Part shown: positions 1-13,545 of the stretch, in pieces
Layout of the letters: every line of letters starts with the position of its first letter
Position numbering within the stretch: the first letter of the stretch is position 1
Origin: Octopus bimaculoides
Taxonomy: Eukaryota
Length of the DNA: 64,000 nt
Direction of reading: 5' to 3'
Assembly: GCF_001194135.2 (NCBI RefSeq)
Contig: NC_068984.1
Coordinates: forward strand, 87,146,063 to 87,210,062
The notes under the pieces: model-generated
What the model was told of the DNA's origin: nothing
The model's input: the letters and a program-made list of their open reading frames with translations, nothing else
Database searches by the model: none
Translations under genes and position numbers: made by a program

Positions 1-1031
1 CTGAAGGTATAACTTTAAATTGGTGTTAAAATTGCATATTATTCTCCATTGTAGATTGATTGAACTTTATTTTCGTTTTGAATACCCACTATATCCAAAA
101 GAACAAAAAAAAGAAAAACAACAAAAAATAACAAATAAATAACAACAACAAATAAACAAAGTTTGTGTCTCGGTCGGAGAACAGATGTTGTTATCTTGGT
201 AGTTTCCAATTCATTGAAAATATAATTTGTATAACATTAATATTTAATAATTAATTAGTGAGTAAGTTCAAGTCCCTATAGAGCAGACGCAAGTTACTTG
301 TGAGCTAACATTGCAAACGAGTTTCAATTCCCCAGTTGTAGGTATTTATATCAGAAATGTAGTGAGCCAGTTACTGCCCCGTTGGAAACTTGTAACCAAC
401 GTAAACCATTGTTCGCCATATTGTGAGAAAAAAGAAATAAATACAATGACCCATATATAATGTGGTGTAAATAAAGTGTCACAAGCATTTCCAGGATTAA
501 TCATTGTTGGAGAAGAATGAGTAAATCGATTCAATAAAGTATATAATCAAGTTTTCTGATATTTGTACCAACCAACCAGCCAACCAACACTACTATCTTG
601 TTATAATTATTGATTTCTCATAACTGACACCAGCTCTCATATTTATAAGTGTCAAATTAAGTCTGTAGTCGAAGTAATAGTGGTAGCAGATGTTGTTGTT
701 GTTGTTTAACTCCAAGTCAATACTGTTTAAGCAAATCTATGATCACAGGCGTGGAGACTGTGGACACTATCTTTTCAGGGAATCCATAGCTGCATTATCT
801 AATACAGTGTTTCCAAAAGTGGGTATCATAAAAAAATTCTAGGCTTCCGCCAGATAAGGTATCTTTAATAAATTTAATAAAAATTATTTTATAAAAAAAT
901 TTTTAAAAAGTGGTTTCACCATTTTTCGAAATAGGTTTTTATCAGAAACTTTTTTTTTCCCAGAGGAACGACTTCTCTATTTTAAACAATTTTTGTTTCA
1001 TTTAACGTATTATATTATTTAGTATATTGTA

Positions 1032-1248
1032 GGCGGCGAGCTGGCAGAAACGTTAGTACGCCGGGCGAAATGCTTGGCGGTATTTCGTCTGTCTTTACGT
1101 TCTGAGTCAAAATTCTGCCGAGGTCGACTTTGCCTTTCATCCTTTCGCGGTCGATAAATTAACTACCAGTTGCATATTGGGATCGATCTAATCAACTGGC
1201 ACCCTCCCCCAAACTTTCGGGCCTTGTGCCTAGAGTAGAAAAGAATCA
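1032..1248 (+). mobile_element. tRNA-derived SINE (MetaSINE-like core), tail type A
   Basis: tRNA-like head GGCGGCGAGCTGGCAGAAACGTTAG, core GGTCGACTTTGCCTTTCATCCTTTCGCGGTCGATAAATTAACTACC; the same body recurs at 1254, 21660, 25728, 33452, 36630 and 58555. Confidence 0.85.
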
Positions 1249-1253
1249 TGTAT

Positions 1254-1438
1254 TAGCGGTATTTCGTCTGTTGTTACGTTCTGAGTTCAAATTCCGCTGA
1301 GGTCAACTTTGCCTTTCATCCTTTCGGGGTCGATAAATTAAGTACCAATTACGCACTGGGGTCAATGTAATCGACTTAATCCCTTTGTCTGTCCTTGTTT
1401 GTCCCCTCTATGTTTAGCCCCTTGTGGGCAATAAAGAA
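1254..1438 (+). mobile_element. 5'-truncated MetaSINE-like SINE, tail type B (Tx1-LINE-like tail)
   Basis: Near-identical to 58590-58785, including the tail TGTCCCCTCTATGTTTAGCCCCTTGTGGGCAATAAAGAA. Confidence 0.85.
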
Positions 1439-2039
1439 TTTTATATTATTATAATTATTGTATTATAAAAAGTTAGGGTGGTCGGAATTATTCGTAAAAC
1501 ATGTGTTCTTCGATTTTCGAAAATCGTATAATTGAGGCTACGACGAAATAAATTTGGAAATCGTTGACCTAATGTCTCCTTTCCTTTAACCCCCCCCCAA
1601 ACAGCAGTGTTTTATCTGAGGGGAATTCGGCCACTATTTCTTGCATGTCAAAAGACCACGCAGAGGCTCTTTCGTTAGCTTGTCAGTATAGTTAGTTGAA
1701 TTGACTCCCTTTCTATGTGTAGTACTTAATTTAATGACACTGTTGTTCACTGGCGGTGCTCCAGTATGGTTACAGCCTTAGGATTAAAACACGTCAAAAA
1801 CAAAAGGTTAAAAGAATGTACGGATTTGAATTCAGAATATAAAGGTACGTAACCGAATACTTTTCAACCTGCTGCTTCTGTCACTACGATACTTTTAGAG
1901 TCAACATATCTCTCTTCCTCCTCACTGTGTGTGTGTGTGTGTGTGTGTGTATTTATAAACATACTTACATATACACATATATGTATGTGTATATTTATAA
2001 AACTCTGTTAACCCATCTGGCTACGAAAGTTTCATAATA

Positions 2040-2700
2040 ACCGACTCTGAACCAAGTATCACAAACCAGAACCCCTTGACCTCAACATATGTGTGGTTGA
2101 ACACAGAACGGATGTTCTATTCACGTCTGTTTGAAGCATTCAAAATTTTGTAAGCCACTATTCAACAGATATGTTCTACAAGACTACTGTACCTGCTGAT
2201 GCTCATTTTCACGCGAAACACCAGCCCCTACCAATTGAATGAGCCCTGTAATACAGAGGTCATCATATACGAGGCAGAAGTTAAGTCAAAATACATAAGC
2301 CTTGATTCCACTTACAAATGCTATACTAGCATGAGCGAAGGAAATTTAAAGTAAAGCTTTTACAATCATACCCATTCATTCGGAAACATTGAAAGACAAA
2401 ATGTAACGAATCTTCCGAGTTATATATATAGTTATTAAAAGAAAATGCTTCGAACTATAATACAACTTTTATAAACAATACAGAAAAATACCTAACCTGC
2501 AACTATGATAAAAACATGAAAGCCAATTGAACAGAAACTGCTGTTGCCGCCTTTCCCAAAATCACAGAATTTATTTCAAAAGATAGAGTTCTCTTCACAC
2601 ACAACCCAAAATAATATTAATAAACATGACACAAATATTTAAAGAAACTGCAACACGAACGATATTAAAAACGTATTTATAGAACTGAAATTTTATTATC
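2040..2700 (+). mobile_element. Decayed Penelope-like element 3' fragment (GIY-YIG endonuclease)
   Basis: Manual translation with stops: LNEPCNTEVIIYEAEVK...CYTSMSEGNLK*SFYNHTHSF...TNLPSYIY, matching the PLE motif CPLNGxC..VVYxAxV..YIGxxExxFKxRxYNHxxSF..TxLSxYIW. Confidence 0.7.
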
Positions 2701-2939
2701 GCAACGTATACAGCAATAATTTAAGAAGCATTCTTAAAATCACACTGAAGAGCACTTTATTTGAACTTATAACTAGAGTATATTAAGCGGAGCCTTTTCA
2801 GACCTTGGTAGTAGTCATAAATTACATAAAAATCCTGCATTGAATATGCCCATCATCGTCAACTGTTCCTCAGAGTCGACGATGATTGTTTAGTAGATTT
2901 ATCTTTTATGGTTTCGGAGAGACAATATAGGCCAATGCG

Positions 2940-4968
2940 GTACCCATGAAGACGGAAATCATTGATAAACATGAGAGAGGAATGCGTGTGGCGGACACAG
3001 CACGTCAAGACGACCGAAGCACGTCGACGATCCGCACCATACTGATGAAAAAGGACGTGATCAAGGCTGTTTCAATAGCAAAGGGTGTCTCCAGGCTTTC
3101 TAAGCAAAGCACATATATACACGAAAGGACGGAAAAATTGCTTTTCCTATGGATCAATAAGAAGCAACTCGCAGGGGATACGATTACGGAGACCATTATC
3201 AGCGAGAAAGTACGAGCGCTGTATGGGGTTCTCCTGAAGCGGAACCGTGGAACATCGACGGAGGAAACACCAGCAGACACATTTAAGGCCAGTAGCAGCT
3301 AGTTTCATAATTTTCAAGAAGACTGGTGTTCATAGCGTCGTCAGGTATGGAGAAGCAGCGAGTTCTGACACGAAGGCAGCTGAAGATTTCGTGCGTGAAT
3401 TCCGTTAGCTCATCGCAGCCAAGGAGTACATCGTACAACAGGCATTCAACTGTGATGAAACTGGCCTTTTTTGGAAAAAAAATTGCTCGGAAGAACCTAC
3501 ATATCTGCAGAGAAGAAAATGCCAAGCCACAAGCCTATGAAAAGTAGGCTAACTCTCGCCCTGTGGCCGATGCGAGTGGAGACTTGAAGATTAAGCCGCT
3601 TCTTGTCTACCATTCCGAAAACCCATGAGCGTTCAAGTCGCACAAAATTCCGAAGAAGAAGCTGCAGGTCATGTGGAGGACAAATGTTAAAGCCTGGGTC
3701 ACCAGGTAATTCTTCTCCGAGTGGGTCAATCTTGTCTTCAGACCAGCAGTGAAAAAGTACCTTCTGGAGAACAATCTTCCTCTCAAGGCCCTCCTAACCT
3801 CGAAGATGATATCCAAGACGAATTTAAATTCATAAAAGTTTTGTACCTTTCATGCAACACCACTCCTATCTTGCAGCCTATAGACCAACAAATGATTTCT
3901 AATTTCAAGAAATTGTACACCAAACACCTGTTTCGTCGGTGCTTTGAAGCCACCGAAAATACAAATCTAACCTTTTGTGAGTTTTGGAAGGAGTACTACA
4001 ACGTTGTAAACTGCCTGAAAATCATCGATATGGCCTGGCAAGGTGTAACGAGGAGAACGCTGAGTTCTATATGGAAGAAACTGTGGCCTGACTGCGTATC
4101 CGGAAGAGACTTCGAGGGGTTTGAGTCTGAGACACCTATAGTCGAGGAGATAGTGTCTCTTGTGGGCCTTGGGGTTGATGATGGGGACATTAACGATCTC
4201 GTCGAGGAATGCCCAGAGGCGCTGACGACAGATGAACTCCTGCTTCAGGAGCAGCAGCATTTGGAAGCGGTGGAAGAGATTGATTCCCCGCAGGAGGACA
4301 GTGTTGCAGAGAATGCTATCTCTACGAGTGACATAAAGGCAGTGTTGGCAAAGTGGCAATATGTTTCTAAATTTGTAGAAAAATATCATCTTGAGAAAGT
4401 AGCTACAGGTCGTGCAGCTGCTTTATTTAATATTTTAGTTAATGATACTTTTCCGGCGCATTTTCGTAACATTTTAAAAGGCAGGAAAAAGCAGACTTCT
4501 CTTGATATGTTTCTAATGAAACGACCTGCAAATGTAAAGTGAAGAAAGTGTGTCCCAAATGTCTATATTAAGCGAAGTGAGAGAGAAAATGCCAGAAATT
4601 GTTCTTCCTGAAGTCATAATGGAAGGAGAATCTCCTTTCAAACAGTAATCCTCCTCCTCCCCGCTCTATCACCTTCCTCACGCACAAATCGTCCCATCTT
4701 AAAGGTAATCCAGTTAATAAAACCAGTTTACATATTTCTTTTGCATTCTCTTTTTTATAATTGTCATTTTAATTGTAACTGCACCTTTTCTGTTTTAAAA
4801 CCCATAAAAAATTATTTTGGGGTGTTTTTTGTTTTTTGGTAGTGGGGCTGGAACGGATTAATTATATTTTAGTTAATTTCAATGGAGAAAATTGATTTGT
4901 AAAACGAGTAAATCGTCAAACGAGCTCGGTCATGGAAAGAATTAAACTCGTACTGCGAGGTATCACTG
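2940..4968 (+). mobile_element. Tigger/pogo (Tc1-mariner superfamily) DNA transposon relic, 5'-truncated, transposase pseudogenised
   Basis: ORF 2946-3302 CENP-B-type HTH (KTEIIDKHERG..LLFLWINKKQLAGD); FNCDETGLFWKK and LQPIDQQ DDE_1 motifs in shifted frames; right TIR CTCGTACTGCGAGGTATCACTG followed by TA at 4969-4970; left TIR not found. Confidence 0.92.
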
Positions 4969-4977
4969 TATATACAT

Positions 4978-5019
<42 letters not shown>

Positions 5020-5082
5020 ACATACATATATACATTCATACATACATTCATACATAATATCACACATAATATATATATATAT
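4969..5082. repeat. Compound (TA)n/(CA)n/(CATA)n microsatellite
   Basis: Seen directly; starts at the Tigger TA target. Confidence 0.95.
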
Positions 5083-6699
5083 GAAAGTTTGAATTTAGTT
5101 CACGGACGCCTAGTACTATCTTTGCGGACCACCAGGGGTTTGTACTTTTTGTATTATTTCTCAAGTCATTTGATCACAAATTGGGCAGACTAGCTGGTGG
5201 TGACTCGTACTTTGGACTGTTTCTTAGTCACAGAAAAGGGGTTCCACATTTTTGCCCCTCAGTCTACTTTTGATTATGATATATTCGGTTATGATATTTC
5301 TACTTTCATTGTGTAGAGTTCGAGACATTTGACATTTTCTTTCTTCCTTTACACCCTCAAATGTGGCATTGGCGGAACATTTAGCAGTTCTGTGAATATC
5401 ACGGAACTTGTGTCTCGCTTATATTTTCTTAAACCCTTTTGAGTAAGTGATTAAGAAATTAATGGGTAAATTCCACTGTATCAAACCGGGTGAATCTACA
5501 GATTACTTTGTGTTCTATGCTATTAAACTATTAAACTATTAAACTATTGGTTACAGCGATGCTACTGATCCATTCTGTGAATATTTCCGAGGTGTTTTTA
5601 AACTTTGAGTTTATGGAGTCAGGGATGAGTTTACTAACATTCTCAATTCACTTATGACGGCTAGGATTGCCTTTTCTTAGGATTTGTGTATGTGGTCCTT
5701 TACAATTATGTATGACTTGCACACAGCTCAACATTTTACCCTGTCTTCTATTTTAAGAAACTAGCACCTTTTCGCTTTGCATTTAATTGTATTGTAATTG
5801 ATGAGGGTAACTTTTTGATAGTTTTTAGCAATATTTTCTGACACGAGTTTGAAGTGTATAGCTCTATTCAGCATATAAAGGTTTTAAAGTTTCGTCGGCG
5901 AATATTTGTGTCTGTTATCTAATGACTTTTTACGTAAAGGGAATTTGCGAATCTTAAATCCGAACTCAGTGTATCTATATTTTATTTCAAAGGAGTAAAC
6001 TTACTAATGCATATACTTGACGATGTGTTCAGTTTTCTTGATAACACATAGTATAGAGCATTTTCGAAGGCATCGTGATGTTCTTCGTGGAGTAATGTGG
6101 TTAACTAAAATAAACTGCGATTAGATATCAGTGACGTGCATCACCATTTCTCTGCTGAATAAATGTTTTGTGTCATCCCTGAAAGATTGATTTTCAAATC
6201 CTATCAAATTTACCAATTCACATTCAAATTTAAAATTCTCATAGCAGACCTCTGATTAGAAAACTTGACTGCTATGTCAAGCAGTTTAAGTGATCATGTA
6301 GAAGTTTTCTCGTCGTCTCTTAGTTTCTATGTTGTACAATATATTACTTCAGATTATATATATATATAATGTAAAAATTTTAATTTATTGTATGGTATAT
6401 TATGAGTAATGAAGCACTAAAAATTTAGCATTAATAAACCGGATACAGAGAGTATTAAAAAGTTAACTAGAAATGATGGCAAAGTACGAAAAATAAGGAA
6501 AATACAAACAATATAAGTAAATGGCTAATATAATTTTAGCTGTTTTGGTACGTAAGTGAGGCATCTCTGAAGATATTTCATTATTATGAAATAAATACAC
6601 AAAATTTCACAATGGTTGTCGTCGAAAAATAGAATTGTTTATAGAAAAAGTTTTTGTGATGGTTGGTTGTATTTGAAGCTTAAATGCACAATATGAATA

Positions 6700-6950
6700 A
6701 CTAAATACATACATACGTACGTACATACATACATACATGCATACATACATAATACATACATTCATATATGCAAACTAAATAACTAAATACATACATACGT
6801 ACACACATACATGCATTCATACATATATGCAAACATCTAAATCCATCCATCCATCCATCCATCCATATGTACATACATATATACAAACACATATATACAT
6901 ATTTGTATGGATATGTATATATATGTGTGTTTGTGAGTGTGTGTGCGCGT
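6700..6950. repeat. Compound (CATA)n/(CCAT)n/(TG)n microsatellite
   Basis: Seen directly. Confidence 0.95.
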
Positions 6951-9900
6951 GTGTAAAAAAAATCAAGTGGAATTATTTTTTAAGACTCTCCGTTATAACA
7001 CACTTTTTCAGTTATCGTTCAATAAAAAAATAATATGATTGAAAAACAAGAACAAAAACTGATAACAAATTCAAAAGGACCATATCGAAATTGGCTAGAT
7101 GGACATTAAAAATTGTCCAAAAGATCTAATATGTAAAAGCAGCCTAATAATTTACATTCGATTTTGTAAGAATGAGTAGGAATGAAAAACTGCTCAAGTC
7201 AATAGATATTCAGTTGGATAAGGTAAGTACGTAAGATGTATTATCTATATGATATTTGTTTTTTTTTATACATTAGTATTTGGTTATCGCGTGGTGCTGA
7301 TTCAACGAATGATTGTAAACCAAATGTTGATGGAATAAATCGCAGTTGGATAATTTCTTCTTTCTTCTCACAGTAATATTAAGTTATTTTCATTTATTGG
7401 TAATCATGTTTTGATAAATATACTACTTTTATTATAATAATCATTATTTCCCCAGAGTTGCTGTTGTTTAGTCTCATCTCATTCCTCCTGGGGCAGATCC
7501 ATAATAAAAACTATTTCAGCTATGACAATACTGTCATTTCTTCAGGCATGCTGCATCTTGGGCGTCATCACTGAATCTCAATCTTTTCTTTTCGAAGACA
7601 GCCAGGTGTAATTCGATGAAAATTTGGCTGCTGATCTTAAGTTAAGCGACTACCAAAAGGATCCTAGTTGTTTCGGAGTTTCTAAATCATACGTTTCTTT
7701 ACAACAGAAGTAACTTTTTTATGAACATGATGGATATTTACCAATTTAATACTGTTTATATATGGATACAGAAATAGTTTAGCTTCCATACTGTCGCATA
7801 CTGGATATTTAGTTCTTGATTAATATCTTTCAAATATTTATAAATATATTAGTTTAATTATAACATTAGCTCGCAAGCATTTAAGCTGACAATAGTTGAT
7901 GGAGATGGAAATTATATGCGTGTTTCTATTTTCAAAGATTAAGATGTATGTCGAATATAATACATTCTCAATTATGTTGATTAAATTTCGTTCATATTTC
8001 TGTAACTACATCATCAAATTTCTAACATTCTAATGAATTTATAGACATTCATTTATTATGCTTATTAGTATACATACATATTTGACACATACATACAGAT
8101 ACTTGAAAATATATTTCCATATATACATTTATTAAATATTAAAAAAAAATTCGATATTTACTGTCCTTAGTGACAATGCAACTTGGCAGTATTATAGCTT
8201 CAATAGCTATGCGTTCCTAGTTCTGGACATCAGCTAAAGTGAATCAGCAAGAGCAGAATACGAGCTGCTACATTAGCTTCAAGCAGATTGATGAAGCCAA
8301 CGACAGAGTTTATTGCAATTGCCTATCTATAATTTATTCCAGAGAGCCTAGGCGTTTTATTGTGAAGTTTGTTTGCAGATATATCGCTGTTTGCAAAAAC
8401 AAAAATAAATAGATAAATAAAATTAAATATTTATGGCTGGTAATAATTCAATTTATAAAAAAATGTTTATTCGTAAGAACTGTTATGTAAGATTCATTAG
8501 AAATTTAGATTCGCTCTGCTGTCTCTTGCTTGTTATTTTATACACAGAAATAATATTATGAAATAAGGTATTTCGATGCCCAGAAAAAGATGACAGTACT
8601 GTCATTTATTCCGGCATGCCACGTCTCGGGCATTTGAGAATAACGCACGCCCTAATCATACAAAATATAGCCTTGATTTTAATAATTCATCCTTGTAGAG
8701 CAATATGGTAATAACGCCAGTAGCTTGCCAGAATTTGAATTATTCGTTATGTATCGGGTGAGTTAGGTAGTCAAAATTTCAGTCAGATTTTGTGATTAAA
8801 AGTTGTCTTTTAATTTTAGGGCGTACAAGTGAGGCACCTAACGATAATTAGGGTTTTTGACAGATTTATTTATGATTTGCTATTTAGCACGCTGACCTGA
8901 CATTTTTCTCAACAAAAGCAACAAATAGGATAGTAACTATTAAATAGTTAGTTGACATTAGGTCATTCAATATATTTAGTAGGCGAGGTAACTGCAAGCA
9001 TATATTATTAGTTGGGTGGAATTATTGCCGGTTATAATGGACGGGACATTATTTTCTGGCTAGTTTAGTTGCTTCGATTCGACAAGATTAACAAACATTT
9101 ACAGTGTGTTTATAACTTAAGTTGCACTTAATTTTTTCTTTAGTTGTAGTTCCTTTTATTCTCTGTTAATTCATTATTTAGTGATAATTGAGAGACAGAA
9201 GATCTCCGACAGGAAATATTCCGGTATTGTTAAAATCAACCATCAAATTATGCTTTTTACTTTTAGAAAGCACCAAGCGTTTGTAGAGATAAACAAAAGA
9301 ATATTTATTAGAATGTGACTGTTATATAAGAAATATTAGAAATACACTGAATTATTCATGATATAGAAATAGACCAAATTACTCATAAAACTATTGATTT
9401 CCGTAGAATTTTTCCAAATGGCTACATTTTATTCTGTATAGATTTAGTTATGAATGTAAAAACATTGTCCAAAATATTACAAGCAATTACGGAGCAAAAT
9501 TAAATCACTAGACTTAACATTTTATATAAATTTGAATTATTACGTATTAATGCAAAAAATTTTAAACTGAAGTTGACAACAGCAAAGAGCACTCTTTCGT
9601 ATTGTTACGATATTTGAAGTTGGAATCAAATTAGCCATACTATATATATGTTTATTGTCAAAAATGAAAGACATGAAACTTCTTTTTGAACGATAATTTT
9701 TTTGGCTATGAAACTTCTTTTGGGGCTATGTTGTTTTCGTGGACTTTATAAATGTTGAGATCAAGAACAAGATCAAAGTTCTGACTATAAATTTCGTTTA
9801 TTAATATACTTAAGTTATTGCAGCTACAATACTAACATACCATCTGCACAATATTGTTTCATAAATTCATGAATACTTTTTATCTTTCTCATGGTTAGTT

Positions 9901-10094
9901 CTGTTCATTATGATTTATTCAATGTGTTCTTTTTCAGAGTTGTGAAAGCATTTTCTTCTTTTTTTTTATTTCATTGTAGCATTGCGGACATTATTGTAGC
10001 CGATGAAGTTGTTATCTTTGTTACTTTTACTGTGTTTGAGTCATTGCAAACAACATTGCAAACCGATTGTTGCGATGTGTTATATGATAGGTTT

Positions 10095-10250
10095 ATCTCT
10101 TCAATATGGTAGGTTTATCTTTTCAAGAAGCTTGTTCCCCAATCTCATGGTTCCGGCTCCAGTCTCTCTACTTGACACCTTGGGCAAATGTCTTCAACTA
10201 TAGCCTTGGTCCAATCAAAGCCTTGTGGGGGGATTTGGTAGATGGAAACT
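10095..10250 (+). mobile_element. Degenerate tRNA-derived CORE-type SINE 5' part followed by (TATG)n
   Basis: GACACCTTGGGCAAATGTCTTCAACTATAGCCTTGGTCCAATCAAAGCCTTGTG matches the copy at 50312-50700. Confidence 0.75.
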
Positions 10251-10559
10251 GTATGTATGTATGTATGTATGTATGTATGTATGTATGTATGTATGTATGT
10301 ATACAGGGGCCTCGTTTGCCTTTAAAATGTAAGGGCGACAAATCAACATTTGTTGATTCTTAAAGGAGTATGATAGTATTACTTATGGTGCATTTCCCGG
10401 ACCCTGTCACATAAGTGAAATTTTACGCTAATTAAATTTTCTATATTCAAATGAAGTTCAGATACAAAAAAAGCTTAAAAGGAATTTATTATATAAAATA
10501 AAAAATAAAACAGACGTTTGAATAAAAAAATATATAGTAAGTTTTTCGTCTTTTAGAAC

Positions 10560-11069
10560 TTTCCTAATGTATTATATCTCGCATCATTGCTGTCAATAAA
10601 TAATTTAGCAACTTCTTCACAACTAATGTTTTTCAAAACATCTTTATGAACATGGCATATTAGAATATGACTAAACCTTTACTGAATCATGGTCGATCAC
10701 AGCCAAATTTTGAATCTCTGCAGAACGCTAAAAGATCTTTCAGTTTCACAAGAACTGGTTGGAAACACTAAAAGTAGCCTGAGCAATCGCTCAACGTTTG
10801 GAAACATTTCTGGTTGCATTTCACCGAACTTCTCGTTGCATTTCACCGAATATTTTACGATGATCCTCAAGAGATGATCCACTATGATGATTTCTATAAA
10901 AAAATATTTCCTTCCTTAAAGAAAATTTATCGAGCTCTGAATACAGCATGATCACTTCAGCACAAAAATTTCCATTGAGTAAAATATTGCTCAATTTTTC
11001 ATAATCTGCTAAATCCTGTGAAAAAAAAAAATCTTTCAAATTTGCTATTGCAGTATCCACTACCTGCAA
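10560..11069 (-). mobile_element. hAT transposase relic, C-terminal dimerisation domain (ZMYM1-like hAT type)
   Basis: ORFs 10697-10882 and 10821-11069: EMFPNVERLLRLLLVFPTSSCETERSFSVLQRFKIWL is the hATC motif. Confidence 0.85.
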
Positions 11070-13545
11070 TTACTGCACACTATAACGATCCCAAACAGTA
11101 TAGCCTAACTCTTCTTTCAAATTCCTTATACTCTGTCGTACATGCACACTGACGTTGCACATCCAGCGAAGCATACTGGATTCATTTCTTTCAAACCTAC
11201 GCAAGCCCTCGACTGTCACAGCCCATGTTTCACTGCCAGGTTGCATAACTGTTCGCACACAGGCATCATACAATCTGCCTTTCACTCTGAGGGAGAGGTC
11301 CTTTGTTGTCAGTAGAGGTAGGAGCTCTCTGAACTTAACCCAGCCTAATCTTATTCTCACAGCTACGCTCTCAGAGCATCCACCTCCACAACTAACTCGG
11401 TCACTTAGATAACAGAAGCTATCTACTACCTCTAGCTTGCTCCCCTGGCAGTTGATGGAGTCTATTTTCTGCACATTTTCAGCGTTTATTGTACCTGTGC
11501 ATCTTCCACAAACAAAAGCTGGTTTCCCCTGTTAACCTTCCTGTGATATTGCTGCACCTCTTATGTGTCCATAGCTTACACCAGGTACCTCTTACGGAGT
11601 TTCTATCAATGCCTTTTCTACAGATCCAACAGGGTCATCTACCTGAAAAGATTTGTGATTTGTCTGCTTTCCTATTTGCTTAGACTTTGGTTTTTGCTAG
11701 GTTAATTCTAAGGTCCTTAGATTCTAGACCTTGCTTCCATACCTGAAACCTCTTCTCTATTTCTGGTAGTGATTCAGCTATTAGAGCAAGGTCATCAGTA
11801 TAGAGGAGGACCCAAGGAAACCTGTCTTAAATTCTTCTGTTATTGCCTGGTGAAGCCCTACTTGTACTCCGAATTCTCCGCTGTACTCATTGCCAACCCT
11901 CACCTTACTAGTAGCATCCCTGTACATGGCTAGTACAGCCCTCATCAACCACTCACCTATCCCTAGTTTCCGCACTGACCACCAGATAAGGGATCAGGGG
12001 ATCCTGTCAAAGGCTTTCTCCAAGTCAACAAAGGCCAAGTACAGAGGTTTGTTTATCTTTGGCTAGGTATTTACCCTGCAGCTATCTTACCAGAAATATA
12101 GCATCAGTGGCCCTTCCCCCTGGCACAAAACCAAATTGCATCTCATATAGGCTAACTCTCTCCCTAATTAGTTGGGCTATGACTCTTTCCATAACTTTTA
12201 TCATCTGATCCAACAATTTGATACCTCTGTAATTATCTCTAAAACAATACCTTTACCTTTGTAGCAGTTGACTATGGTGCTGCTACACCAGTCATTGGGT
12301 ACGACTCCTTCGTGGACCACCTAATTTACAGTACAAGTGACTAGACCATAACCCACGCCGCAAGATATTTTAAGCATCTCAGTGGTGATTCCTGATGGAC
12401 TGGGAGCTTTCCTTGTCTTCATATCCTTGATTGTTTTATCTACCAAGGTACTGTCAATTTGGATAGTAGATCCCTCAACTAGGTCAACATTTGGCAGGCT
12501 CTCCTCTTCCTATTAATTCTCAACGTTCAGCAGTCTTTCATAATGGCATTTCCGAGCCTCTTTCTTTGCAGAATCATTAAATGCAAGTGCACCATCATCC
12601 ATGCGGACACATTTCTCTTCTTTGACATTACGGTTTTCTCTCACACACTGTCTTGCAATCCGAAACACTTCAGTCCTTTGGTCCACACGTCGCTAAACAT
12701 AGGCAAGCTTCTTCTGTTCTGTTTCTCCCTTGGTTAGATATACTTGCCTTCTAGCTTCCCTTCTGACTATCTGATACCGTTCCCTGCTACCCCCACTCTT
12801 CCAGTCCTTCCTAGCCCATTTCTTTGCTCTAATGGCCTTGTCTATCGCATCGTTCCATCACCACATTACCCTAGGTCTGGCTGGAACTTCAGACCGCCCA
12901 CAGATTTGATATGTGGCACTCAGCAAGCTGTCCCGTAGGAATTCCCTGTTGCCCTCTATGTCACAAGTTTGTAGCCCCTCCTCGCTCTCATCAAATTTGT
13001 CAATTAAGATGTCCCTAAATCTCTGAGCACTATAATGGTCCTTAAGCTTCCAAATTCTTTTTTTCCAGATTGGTCTGCTTCTTGGCATCCTTCTGGCCTG
13101 GAGTCTAAAAATCACTAATGACTAGTTTATGCGGGGGGGGATGCATTCTTCACCAGGGAGGGTCTTTGTATTTAAAAGCAACCATACATCTCGCTACCCG
13201 GTGAGAATGTAATCGATCTAGTACAGTCACCTGATTGGTAGATTATCAGGTTAGGGTGGCTGGCTTCTTGAAGTAGGTGTTGCAGAACAATAGGTTATTT
13301 GTATCACAGAACTCCAGTAGCCTTGTTCCCTCTTCGTTTCATGAACCAATTCCATGGTCCCCATGTATACCACGGAAAATACTGGACTGCCGTCCGACAT
13401 GCTCATTGAAATCCCTGGCCATGAAGATGAGATCCTTGTCATTTGTCTTAGAGGTAGCCTGCAGGAGAATATCATATAATGCATATGCAGAAAAAACTCT
13501 CTTGCAAAATGTGACGATTTTTATAAGTGTCATGATCAATGAAAA
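11070..13545 (-). mobile_element. RTE-clade LINE fragment (APE endonuclease + RT), decayed, both ends missing
   Basis: ARDFNEHVG..GIHGDHGIG (APE), KAFDRIP and LEVVDSFCYL..RIRLGWVKFRELLPLL..KGRLYDACVRTVM..SETW (RTE RT C-terminus). Confidence 0.92.

Noticed and set aside
1-20. Minus-strand TTATACCTTCAG at the window edge as the acceptor of exon 3
   Set aside because: The exon would lie outside the window and cannot be evaluated
346-534. Hydrophobic 62-aa ORF as a possible TRP-channel-like exon
   Set aside because: No credible splice sites or recognisable motif
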